Origin: Desulfobulbus sp. | Lineage (GTDB): Bacteria > Desulfobacterota > Desulfobulbia > Desulfobulbales > Desulfobulbaceae | NCBI GenBank assembly: GCA_050252135.1 | Contig: JBFWLN010000001.1 | Location: 341,721-365,720, forward strand | Reading direction: 5' to 3' | Length of the DNA stretch: 24,000 bases | Shown here: piece after piece, positions 16,245 to 24,000 of the stretch | Numbering within the stretch: the first letter of the stretch is position 1 | Layout of the letters: the number at the start of each line of letters is the position of its first letter | Position numbers and translations under genes: made by a program | The notes under the pieces: model-generated | The model's database searches: none | Told to the model about the DNA's origin: nothing | What the model saw: only the letters and a program-made list of their open reading frames with translations

Positions 16245-17219
16245 ATGAACGAGCAATTTCCCCGACCCAGAATTCTTGTCAGCCGGTGTTTGGGTTTTGC
16301 AGCCTGCCGTTACGACGGCGCGATTCTTAAAAATAGTTTTGTCGAACAGTTGCAGTCCCAGGTCGACCTGATTCCGGTCTGCCCGGAGGCCGACTGTGGC
16401 CTAGGCATTCCCCGGCCGCCAATCCGGCTCTGTAGCTCCGAACAGGGATTGGTTGTCTACCAGCCTGCGACAAGCCGCGATGTCACCGCCCGGCTGCAGG
16501 CTATGATCGCAACCATTCTCACCGAAAATCCTCAGGTGGATGGCGCCATATTAAAAAGCAAGTCACCCAGCTGTGGCCTATTTGACGCCAAGATCTACCA
16601 GGGGGTCGAAAAGCCGCAGCCGCTTGGGAAAGGAGCCGGTGTTTTTGGGGAACAGGTTTTGCGGCACTGCGTCGGGGGGGCCATCGACGACGAGATGCGC
16701 TTAACCAACATTATCCTCCGCGAGCATTTTTTGATCAAGGCCTTTACCCTGGCCCGCATCCGGGAGTTGAGCACGCGACCGACCATGGGAGCGCTTGTAG
16801 CCTTTCATGCCAGCCACAAACTGCTTTTTCTCGCCTATAATCAGAGCCATTTCCGCCTTGCGGGCAAGATCGTGGCCAACCAGGAGAAACTGCCGGTCGC
16901 CGAGGTGGTTCAGCGTTATCGTGAGCAACTGGTGCATATCCTGGAAACACCGATGCGCATCCCCGGGGTGATCAACACCCTCTACCATGCATTCGGCTGG
17001 ATTTCCGAGCATCTGGGAGCAGAAGAAAAACAGTACCTGATCAACACCATCGAAGAGTACCGCGATGAGCGCCTACCGCTGCAGGCGGTCACCCGTTTAA
17101 TCGAGGCCCACGCCCTTCGATTCAGCAACGAATACCTTCTCAGCCAAATTTTCCTTCGTCCTTACCCCCGCGCCCTGGCTGGTTTGCACGATTCCGGCCG
17201 GGGGCGCGAGGTCCGCTGA
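16245..17219 (+). CDS. DUF523-DUF1722 (YbgA-like) protein
   Basis: PRILVSRCLGFAACRYDG, VCPEADCGLGIPRPPIRL, SKSPSCGLFDAKIY (DUF523) plus a DUF1722-like C-terminus FHASHKLLFLAYNQ, LYHAFG. Confidence 0.88.
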   Translation: MNEQFPRPRILVSRCLGFAACRYDGAILKNSFVEQLQSQVDLIPVCPEADCGLGIPRPPIRLCSSEQGLVVYQPATSRDVTARLQAMIATILTENPQVDGAILKSKSPSCGLFDAKIYQGVEKPQPLGKGAGVFGEQVLRHCVGGAIDDEMRLTNIILREHFLIKAFTLARIRELSTRPTMGALVAFHASHKLLFLAYNQSHFRLAGKIVANQEKLPVAEVVQRYREQLVHILETPMRIPGVINTLYHAFGWISEHLGAEEKQYLINTIEEYRDERLPLQAVTRLIEAHALRFSNEYLLSQIFLRPYPRALAGLHDSGRGREVR

Positions 17220-17230
17220 GGACGGCGCGT

Positions 17231-17644
17231 TCAATTTTCCTGAGATTGACTTTGAATCGTCTTCAACAAGGCTTGCAAGCCGATAGCCTGGAGCACTGTC
17301 AAACATTCATCATGATGGAAGAATCCGGCCATAACTGCGGCAAACTGGGTGGCAAGAAAGACCATCTCGCCGTCTTCCTCCTTGGCCAGTAAACGACGGC
17401 ACCCGGCGATATCATCGGTTTCCACCGCTCCGATGATATCGTTGAGCCAATCGAGCTGACTCTCCTCAAAATGAAACTCCACCATGGCCTGGGCGTACAT
17501 GGATACAATCGCAGCCCGGTGGTCGTAAATGGCATCCAGATCATTCTCCTGGGCAGCGTCCAGCACCTGTTCAATCTGCTCCAGCAGTTCCTGAACATCC
17601 TGATTTTCCTGATTTTCTTCATTCATATGGCGTCTCCTATGCAA
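17231..17644 (-). CDS. Hypothetical acidic cytoplasmic protein (start may be MNEENQ)
   Basis: Clean ORF, convergent with and 11 bp from the DUF523 gene, same strand as the transporter gene. Confidence 0.6.
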   Translation of the reverse strand: MHRRRHMNEENQENQDVQELLEQIEQVLDAAQENDLDAIYDHRAAIVSMYAQAMVEFHFEESQLDWLNDIIGAVETDDIAGCRRLLAKEEDGEMVFLATQFAAVMAGFFHHDECLTVLQAIGLQALLKTIQSQSQEN

Positions 17645-17659
17645 TGCGATGGGTAGATT

Positions 17660-18550
17660 TCAACGTGACTCCCGCCCGGACTGCATCCCCATATAGAGAG
17701 CAAGCAAGGTGCCCGTTACACCTACCCAGTTTATCACGCTGGTCGGACGATGAAACAACAATACGTCCCAAAGAAAAGAAAGCAGTGGTTGAAAGAGGAG
17801 AATAAACCCGGTCAGAGAGGCACGCATTCGCGGCATACCGCCTGCGATCAAAGCCCAACCGAGGGTTTGGCTCAAGAGGCCAAGAGCTAACAACGCTAGC
17901 CAGCTGATCCTATCGGGGATAGCAAGGGAGGTGCCGGTGGCTCCCAGAAAGATACCTAAAAATAGCGCACTTGCCCCGGAAACCAGCATCAGGTTGAAAA
18001 AGAAGGAAAACTCACGCGCCTCGGTCTGGAGTTGACGCAAAATGAGCAAAAAGCCGCTGTAGCACAGCGCAGTCAAAAGCCCAAGCACCACTCCCCAACG
18101 ATACTCTTCTCCCAGAGCCTGCCAAGGACCGCCTACCAGCAGATACAGCCCCAGAAGCGCCAATGGCACCGCAAAGAGAAAGCGAAGATGCAGTCGTTCA
18201 CCCAAAAACAGTACCCCAACGGCGGTGAGCAAATAGACCTGGAAGTTGCCGAGAATGGTAGCCAGGCCCAGGCCGACATATTGGATACTGGCATGCCAGC
18301 AATAAAGATCTAAAGCAAACAGCAATCCGCAGACAAGCCCCCAGAACAAAAGCCGTTTATTAATCGGATGGTATTCACCGCGCAGAATGCAGATCAACAG
18401 CAAGAATAAAAATCCGAAAAAAACGCGGTAAAAGGCGGAGACCGTGGGCGGAACCGTGGCTACCTTCACCCAGACCGCGGAGAAAGAGATGCAGAAGGCT
18501 CCGATCAGTATCGCGGCCAAGGCAGGCAGACGGGTCAACATCGGGATCAA
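17660..18550 (-). CDS. EamA/DMT-family transporter (10 TM)
   Basis: Two EamA-type repeats; ISFSAVWVKVATVPPTVSAFYRVFFGFLFLL, GLGLATILGNFQVYLLT. Confidence 0.88.
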   Translation of the reverse strand: MIPMLTRLPALAAILIGAFCISFSAVWVKVATVPPTVSAFYRVFFGFLFLLLICILRGEYHPINKRLLFWGLVCGLLFALDLYCWHASIQYVGLGLATILGNFQVYLLTAVGVLFLGERLHLRFLFAVPLALLGLYLLVGGPWQALGEEYRWGVVLGLLTALCYSGFLLILRQLQTEAREFSFFFNLMLVSGASALFLGIFLGATGTSLAIPDRISWLALLALGLLSQTLGWALIAGGMPRMRASLTGFILLFQPLLSFLWDVLLFHRPTSVINWVGVTGTLLALYMGMQSGRESR

Positions 18551-20691
18551 TCAGCAAGACGCGTTGTTGGTGGCAGCGCTGAAGCCTCAACAGACAGCGC
18601 CTGAGCCTGAATGGCGGTGATAGCCACAGTGTTGACGATGTCGGAGACGAGACAGCCACGGCTGAGATCGTTAACCGGTTTGTTGAGCCCCTGAAGGATC
18701 GGACCGATGGCCACGGCTCCAGAGGACCGCTGCACGGCCTTGTAGGTGTTGTTGCCGGTATTGAGGTCGGGAAAAATAAAGACACTGGCACGGCCCGCCA
18801 CTTCGCTCTCGGGCATTTTTTCATGCGCCACCGACAGATCAATGGCAGCATCATACTGGATTGGGCCGTCGATCTTCAAATCAGGACGGTGTTGTCGAGC
18901 CAGTTCCACCGCACGGCGCACTTTATCAACCTCCTCCCCCTGTCCGGAAGTACCGCTGGAATAGGAAAGCATGGCCACGATCGGCTCGATGTTGAACATG
19001 GCCGCAGTTTCCGCAGAGCGGATGGCGATTTCCGCCAACTGCTCGCTGTTTGGATTGGGATTGACCGCGCAGTCCCCGTAGACCAGCACCCGGGTATCCA
19101 GGCACATGAAAAAAACACTGGAGACCACTGACACCCCAGGTCGGGTACGAATGATCTGAAAGGCCGGCCGCACCGTATGCTGGGTGGTATGCACCGCCCC
19201 CGAAACCATGCCGTCGGCATAGCCGGTATGGACCATTAGTGTGCCGAAATAGCTGACATCATTGATAGCATCACGAGCGTAATCCCGAGTGGACCCCCTA
19301 TGCTTGCGGGCCTGATAGAGGCTTTCAACCAACTCCTCACGCAGGGGCGAGGTCCTGGGATCGATGATAGCCACATCCTGAAGTTTCAAACCCAGGGCCG
19401 CAGCTCGGCTGCGGATGGTCTTCTCCTCACCGAGCAGGGTTAAGTTAACCACTTCGCGGGCACGTAGGATCTCGGCTGCCTGGAGGATTCGGTCCTCCTC
19501 GCCCTCTGGAAAGACAATATGCTTGCGATCGGCGCGGGCTCGCTGAAAAAGGGTATATTCGAACATCAAGGGCGACATGGTGGTGGTCACGGTTTCAATC
19601 ACCTGCTGTTCCAGGGCGGTTGCATCAACGTGGCTCTCGAACACACCCAAGGCGCGGGCTATTTTTTGCGCGTTCCTGGGCCGCAGGGTTCCCTTAACGG
19701 CCGCGGCGCGGGTGGCGGCAGTATAGGTATCTCCGGGCATGAGATAAATCGGCAAGGGGAGGTCATCGATCCCATTGAGTAAACGAACCATGGATGAACT
19801 CGGCTCCAGATTGCCGGAGAGCAACAGGCCCGCAGGGGTTGGATAATTACGTGAGGCAATCGCCCCCAGGGTGGCAAAAATGATATCCGGACGATCGCCG
19901 GGCGTGACCACCAGATCATCCTCCTCAAGAAAATCAATGTAATTGGCCGGACTCATTGCCGCGACCTTGATTGCATGGACATCACGCTGCAACCCGGCCT
20001 CTGGGCCGCTGAAATGGCGGGCACCGAGATCCTCGATAATCTCTTCCATGGTCGGCATGCTGAATCCATGCATTTCGGGCAAAAAATCAAGCCGATAAGG
20101 TCCCCCCTGATGGTTTGCTCGAATTTCCGATTCAGCCGTTTGCAGCAGATCGGGATCGATCCGATTCACAAACACAGCCAACAATGGACACTGGTACTGC
20201 TCGTAGAGCTGTTCAGCTATGCGGATATTTTCTTCTATCTCCTCAATATTCCGCTCATGGCCATTCACCACATGCAGGGTAGGAGCTCCCAATTCCCTGG
20301 CGATGCGAATACTGATGTCGTAGTCAAAAGCCTCGGACATACCAACAATGTTAGGCCCTTCACAGAGAAGGAAGTCGCATTTTTTCCGAACCTCTCCATA
20401 TTTGCGCACGATCTCCCGAAAAAGGAGCCGTTCCTCGCCATCAGCGATCAGCGTGCGGGCCAGTTCGTGACTGACCCCGGCCATTTCATCAAAACGCAAA
20501 GTAAGACCATAACGATCCTTAATCAGAGCAATATCATTATCCTCACGACCATCGCCGGAAATAATCGGCCGAAAAAAGCCGATCCGTTCGATTCGTCGTG
20601 AGAGCAATTCCATAACCCCAAGGGTTACCACCAGTTTGCCACACTCTTTTTCAAGATTGGCGATATACAAACAGTCTGCCATGGAATTCAC
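18547..20691 (-). CDS. pta: Phosphate acetyltransferase (long, DRTGG-containing form)
   Basis: N-terminal CobQ/DRTGG-like region plus C-terminal PTA_PTB domain: FPEGEEDRILQAA, GMVSGAVHTTQHTVRPAFQIIRTRPGVSVVSSVFFM, VFIFPDLNTGNNTYKAVQRSSGAVAIGPILQGLNKPVNDLSRG. Confidence 0.95.
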   Translation of the reverse strand: MNSMADCLYIANLEKECGKLVVTLGVMELLSRRIERIGFFRPIISGDGREDNDIALIKDRYGLTLRFDEMAGVSHELARTLIADGEERLLFREIVRKYGEVRKKCDFLLCEGPNIVGMSEAFDYDISIRIARELGAPTLHVVNGHERNIEEIEENIRIAEQLYEQYQCPLLAVFVNRIDPDLLQTAESEIRANHQGGPYRLDFLPEMHGFSMPTMEEIIEDLGARHFSGPEAGLQRDVHAIKVAAMSPANYIDFLEEDDLVVTPGDRPDIIFATLGAIASRNYPTPAGLLLSGNLEPSSSMVRLLNGIDDLPLPIYLMPGDTYTAATRAAAVKGTLRPRNAQKIARALGVFESHVDATALEQQVIETVTTTMSPLMFEYTLFQRARADRKHIVFPEGEEDRILQAAEILRAREVVNLTLLGEEKTIRSRAAALGLKLQDVAIIDPRTSPLREELVESLYQARKHRGSTRDYARDAINDVSYFGTLMVHTGYADGMVSGAVHTTQHTVRPAFQIIRTRPGVSVVSSVFFMCLDTRVLVYGDCAVNPNPNSEQLAEIAIRSAETAAMFNIEPIVAMLSYSSGTSGQGEEVDKVRRAVELARQHRPDLKIDGPIQYDAAIDLSVAHEKMPESEVAGRASVFIFPDLNTGNNTYKAVQRSSGAVAIGPILQGLNKPVNDLSRGCLVSDIVNTVAITAIQAQALSVEASALPPTTRLAD

Positions 20692-21510
20692 CTGGGTAAC
20701 AAAAAAATTTAAGAGAAGGACGTCGCATCTTAGTTGAACCCCACCAGCAATACAAGCCTATTTCTCTTGTATTTTCAAGCCAATGGACCTGATAACTTTC
20801 ATTTGCGCCTTGGGGTTCATCAACACAAGCTAACATACAAAATTATGCGTTACGAAAAACTAGAATGAACGTGCAATGGACAATTAGGATACACTTAATT
20901 TTTTGGACCCCATGCCTTGATTTTCTTTAGGAATTTTTTTTTTCTTGACAAGATACGAGACAGTAACGTTGTGGGACAAACTGAGTGGGGAGTCAGGAGG
21001 TGCCGAATATACTTACAGTTTATACTGAATGGCAAATCATTGTTTGGCACCCCTGAACGTCAAACTCCGCGAAAAAATGGCAAAAATCGGTATCAACACC
21101 TTGATTTTGTTCGTTGACAGCCATTTCCTTCTCCTTTATAGTCACCGCTAATTTGACAAAGGGGATTCAGGCTAATCTATATGCTAAGGGGGTGATATTT
21201 AAGAAGTTAGTAAAAATTATCAATAAAATGAGCAATGCTTCAAGGGGGGAGGAAGATAAGTTATTTGTTTCTATAACTGAATAAATTGACTCAAATTTTA
21301 TTGCCTGGATTTTTACCTTTAATACCGTAAGTGTTCTTCTAGTTGTTTGATGTAACCAAAAGCAGTGTGTCGACATCGCGATAACCTAAAAACTAGATAT
21401 TGCGATGGGGTTTTAAGTTATGTTTTACCGTTTACTTGTGAAAGTAGTCGATAGGTACACTTAACCTGTCACGTTCGTGGCAAGAGACAATCACATCATA
21501 GGAGAAAGAT

Positions 21511-22098
21511 ATGGCAGATGTAAAACCCCAGGGTAATCCGGCAGTCGTAGGTCTTGCAGGCTTTGGTTTGACCACCATGATGCTTCAGTTCCACAACCTC
21601 GGCTGGATGGGCACTGGCACAATCTTTTGTACAGCTATGTTTGTCGGCGGATTGATGCAATTCATCGCGGGTTTCCAGGAATTCAAGTGCGGCAATAACT
21701 TCGGTTATAGCGCATTCTGCACGTATGGCGGATTCTGGATGGCACTCGGCCTTATATGGGCCCTGGCCGACCTGGTACCACCAACTTGGAAACATCTGAG
21801 CATTACCGGTAATGATATCGGGTTCTTCCTTGTTGCCTTCACCTTGTACACCGTTATCATGTGGATCGGCTCCATGCGTGTGCATATGGCCATGTTCCTC
21901 ACCTTCACCACCTTGATTCTCGGATTCATCGGCCTTGACCTGGTTTTCCTGGCTGGCATGAAAGAGAGCCTGTTGAAGCTGACCGCCATTGACCTGATTG
22001 TCTGTGCATCTCTGGCCTGGTACATGATGGCTGCCGCTATCTTTGCTCAGCTGTTTGGTCGTCCAATTCTCCCTGTAGGAAAGCCTTTAGTCAACTAA
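21511..22098 (+). CDS. satP: Acetate uptake transporter (GPR1/FUN34/YaaH/SatP family)
   Basis: NPAVVGLAGFGLTTMMLQFHNLG (NPAPLGL-type signature), GGLMQFIAGFQEFKCGNNFGYSAFCTYGGFW, 6 TM; AGGAGA ribosome-binding site. Confidence 0.92.
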   Translation: MADVKPQGNPAVVGLAGFGLTTMMLQFHNLGWMGTGTIFCTAMFVGGLMQFIAGFQEFKCGNNFGYSAFCTYGGFWMALGLIWALADLVPPTWKHLSITGNDIGFFLVAFTLYTVIMWIGSMRVHMAMFLTFTTLILGFIGLDLVFLAGMKESLLKLTAIDLIVCASLAWYMMAAAIFAQLFGRPILPVGKPLVN

Positions 22099-22141
22099 TT
22101 CTCACTTGGGTGGTTACGCACCACCACGACAAAGTCTTTTT

Positions 22142-22178
22142 AAAAAAGGCGTCCCGTTTTTCGGGACGCCTTTTTTTT
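22142..22178 (+). terminator. Rho-independent terminator after satP
   Basis: GGCGTCCCG-TTTTT-CGGGACGCC then T8, flanked upstream by A6. Confidence 0.93.
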
Positions 22179-22478
22179 ATTGAATGAATGCACACTTCAG
22201 TTGAGTCATCACCATCATCAGGCAATATCCCTATCGACATAGGGCAGGATTAGCCAGGAACTCAGAAAAATCCAACCGGTGATCGGCCAAGGGACCATCC
22301 AAAATTTCTCCATTCCCCATAGGGAAATATGTATCCACTACGACCTGACCCAGCTAATATTCGCTGTACCTGCTGTGCCAGTATCGTGGACGATAGTTGC
22401 AGTAAGGATCATAGCCTTGAAATGCCCCCTGGCTAAATGAGAATTGGCGATGTTATTACGGCAAGGCTGGCCGATTGA

Positions 22479-23228
22479 CTAGCGGCAAAGCAACATCAGC
22501 CCCAGGAAGGCCAACAGCAGGTAAATAATCCGCAAATAGGTTGAGCGCGGTATTCTGTCACCGATGCGCGAACCGATCAAGGTACCAAGAAGGACAAAGC
22601 TAGAGGTGAGGGCAAAGAAATGCAGGGTAGAATCGGTGATGATGCCGTTACCGGCATGAACCATGGCGGTAACATACCCATTGATGACGAAAAATCCGGT
22701 CAGTGTGGCACGGATTTCATCTTTTTTCCAATTATGGAGGGTGGTGTAAATTATCGCCGGGGGACCGCCCGCGCCGACGGTGGCATTAATGGCACCGGAA
22801 AAGAAGCCTGCGATATAGCCCCAGATCCGTGGTGGGTTAATGGGCTTGGGGGTAAAACGCAGGTTCAGCAAACTGATGGCGATCAATACCACGCCCAATA
22901 GGCGGCTGATCACCACCGGATCGGCCTGTTTCAGAAATGCTGCACCCAGCAAAATTCCGGGAACAGATCCGGCCAGTAACGGTAGAATCTTTCGCCAATC
23001 GAGCAAATGCCTAAGGGTGTAAACCAGGGTTGTCGTCACGACCAACCCGTTGAGGATAGCCAGGGGTACCGCCTGCTTGACATCCATGATTAGGCTGAGC
23101 AAGGGGATAGCGACCAAGGCACCGCCAAAGCCCGTCAGGCCTTGGACACCGCCGGCGAGAAAAAAAATGCAGCAGGAAAAAACAGCAACCGTCATCACAT
23201 GGTCATGGGCGAGGTGTTCTGTTGGCAA
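22479..23228 (-). CDS. TauE/SafE-family sulfite/sulfonate exporter-like permease
   Basis: GLTGFGGALVAIPLL, GAINATVGAGGPPAIIY motifs and 8 TM. Confidence 0.92.
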   Translation of the reverse strand: MPTEHLAHDHVMTVAVFSCCIFFLAGGVQGLTGFGGALVAIPLLSLIMDVKQAVPLAILNGLVVTTTLVYTLRHLLDWRKILPLLAGSVPGILLGAAFLKQADPVVISRLLGVVLIAISLLNLRFTPKPINPPRIWGYIAGFFSGAINATVGAGGPPAIIYTTLHNWKKDEIRATLTGFFVINGYVTAMVHAGNGIITDSTLHFFALTSSFVLLGTLIGSRIGDRIPRSTYLRIIYLLLAFLGLMLLCR

Positions 23229-23486
23229 AATTGCTGTACGGGAAAGCCACCACTATAGGTCGCCCCTCCCCTTACGTCCATCAATTCCGACATGCTGCCA
23301 TCAACCACCAATGCGACAATTTGTCGCCAATTCTGCAATTTTGTAAACAACACCACCATCAGGAGCTCTTACCAGCAACCAGGCAGGTGAACTCCATTTC
23401 AGCTATACGCCTCTACCCCTCGACATTCCATCCTTTTTCAAAAAAGTTTTCAAGAGGCCTGCCTATTGCATTGAATCAGGCATATT

Positions 23487-23509
23487 CGTTATTTAAAAAA
23501 ATAATAGCG
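23487..23509 (+). promoter_or_regulatory. ModE-box-like operator copy 1: CGTTATT-N9-AATAGCG
   Basis: Imperfect palindrome ATTCGTTATTtaaaaaaatAATAGCGAAT, same arms and spacing as copy 2. Confidence 0.6.
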
Positions 23510-23613
23510 AATGAATCCTACGGCAGAAGACACACCCTGCTTCCGGAAAATATCGGCGAATCAAGGATCATTTTTCCTTGCAGGTGCGAACGATTGTAAG
23601 GTGTTATTTTTAA

Positions 23614-23636
23614 CGTTATTCTACAAACGAATAGCG
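23614..23636 (+). promoter_or_regulatory. ModE-box-like operator copy 2: CGTTATT-N9-AATAGCG
   Basis: AACGTTATTctacaaacGAATAGCGTT, 20 bp upstream of the start codon of the ModE-like gene. Confidence 0.65.
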
Positions 23637-23655
23637 TTCTTCAGGAGAACCGGTT

Positions 23656-24000
23656 ATGAAAAAAACATGCATGACTCCACCCGATTGTTGCGTCATCATT
23701 GAAATGGAACGAGGAGCGAATTTAGGTTACCGCAAGGCCGTGCTTCTCGAAGAAATTCGGGCGTTGGGATCGCTGACCAAGGCGGCCAAAGTCTCGAAGA
23801 TCGACCAGCAACACGCCCGCGACTTGATCCAGGAAATGAACCGCTCTTTTTCCGAACCGCTCGTCTATTTCCTTGGTAACCCAAGCCTCTCGGATCGGGT
23901 GGAGCTGACAAATAAGGGGTTGAGTACCGTCAAGAGCTATTGGCTGCAGTTTGAGCCTGTCTGGCTCTCGATTATAGAGGAGCGCTCAAGGCACTATTGA
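23656..24000 (+). CDS. ModE-like (LysR-type HTH) DNA-binding regulator, N-terminal domain only
   Basis: LLEEIRALGSLTKAAKVSKIDQQHARDLIQEMNRSFSEPLV matches the winged-helix N-terminus of ModE; 114 aa, stop codon at the window edge; AGGAG ribosome-binding site. Confidence 0.8.
   Translation: MKKTCMTPPDCCVIIEMERGANLGYRKAVLLEEIRALGSLTKAAKVSKIDQQHARDLIQEMNRSFSEPLVYFLGNPSLSDRVELTNKGLSTVKSYWLQFEPVWLSIIEERSRHY

Noticed and set aside
22354-22445. Minus-strand tail ...FQGYDPYCNYRPRYWHSRYSEY* resembling a small secreted protein end
   Set aside because: No start codon or upstream homologous sequence in frame; too short to support.
23222-23599. 125-aa plus ORF upstream of the ModE-like gene
   Set aside because: It overlaps the operator copy and has a biased, non-protein-like composition; best seen as regulatory intergenic DNA.

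Overview
The window reads as an ordinary chromosomal segment of a Desulfobulbaceae/Desulfobacterota-like bacterium (taxonomy inferred from gene content only). It carries cobB, a PilZ protein, an ABC-type solute-binding protein, two adjacent TIGR01777-type epimerases, an RMD1/DUF155 protein, panE-panB, ilvB-ilvN, an alaC-like aminotransferase, an EamA transporter, pta, satP, TauE/SafE and a ModE-like regulator. I saw no phage, transposon or CRISPR. The strongest finds lie between or across the annotated ORFs. (1) An hgcAB-like mercury-methylation pair. The hgcA frame appears to start at 14756 and run through an in-frame TGA (14846-14848). That TGA is followed by a well-placed bacterial SECIS-like hairpin and by protein-like sequence with no good start codon until it is truncated, so this is a candidate selenocysteine-containing HgcA. 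(2) A Val-rich 32-aa leader peptide plus a terminator/antiterminator upstream of ilvB. (3) A 20-aa leader ORF with five consecutive Ala codons, followed by two tandem hairpin/U-tract elements, upstream of the alanine-transaminase-like gene. This is a candidate alanine attenuator. (4) Two copies of CGTTATT-N9-AATAGCG upstream of a ModE-like HTH gene. (5) A probable decayed radical-SAM (PflX/PflA-like) fragment between the ilv leader and hgcA.
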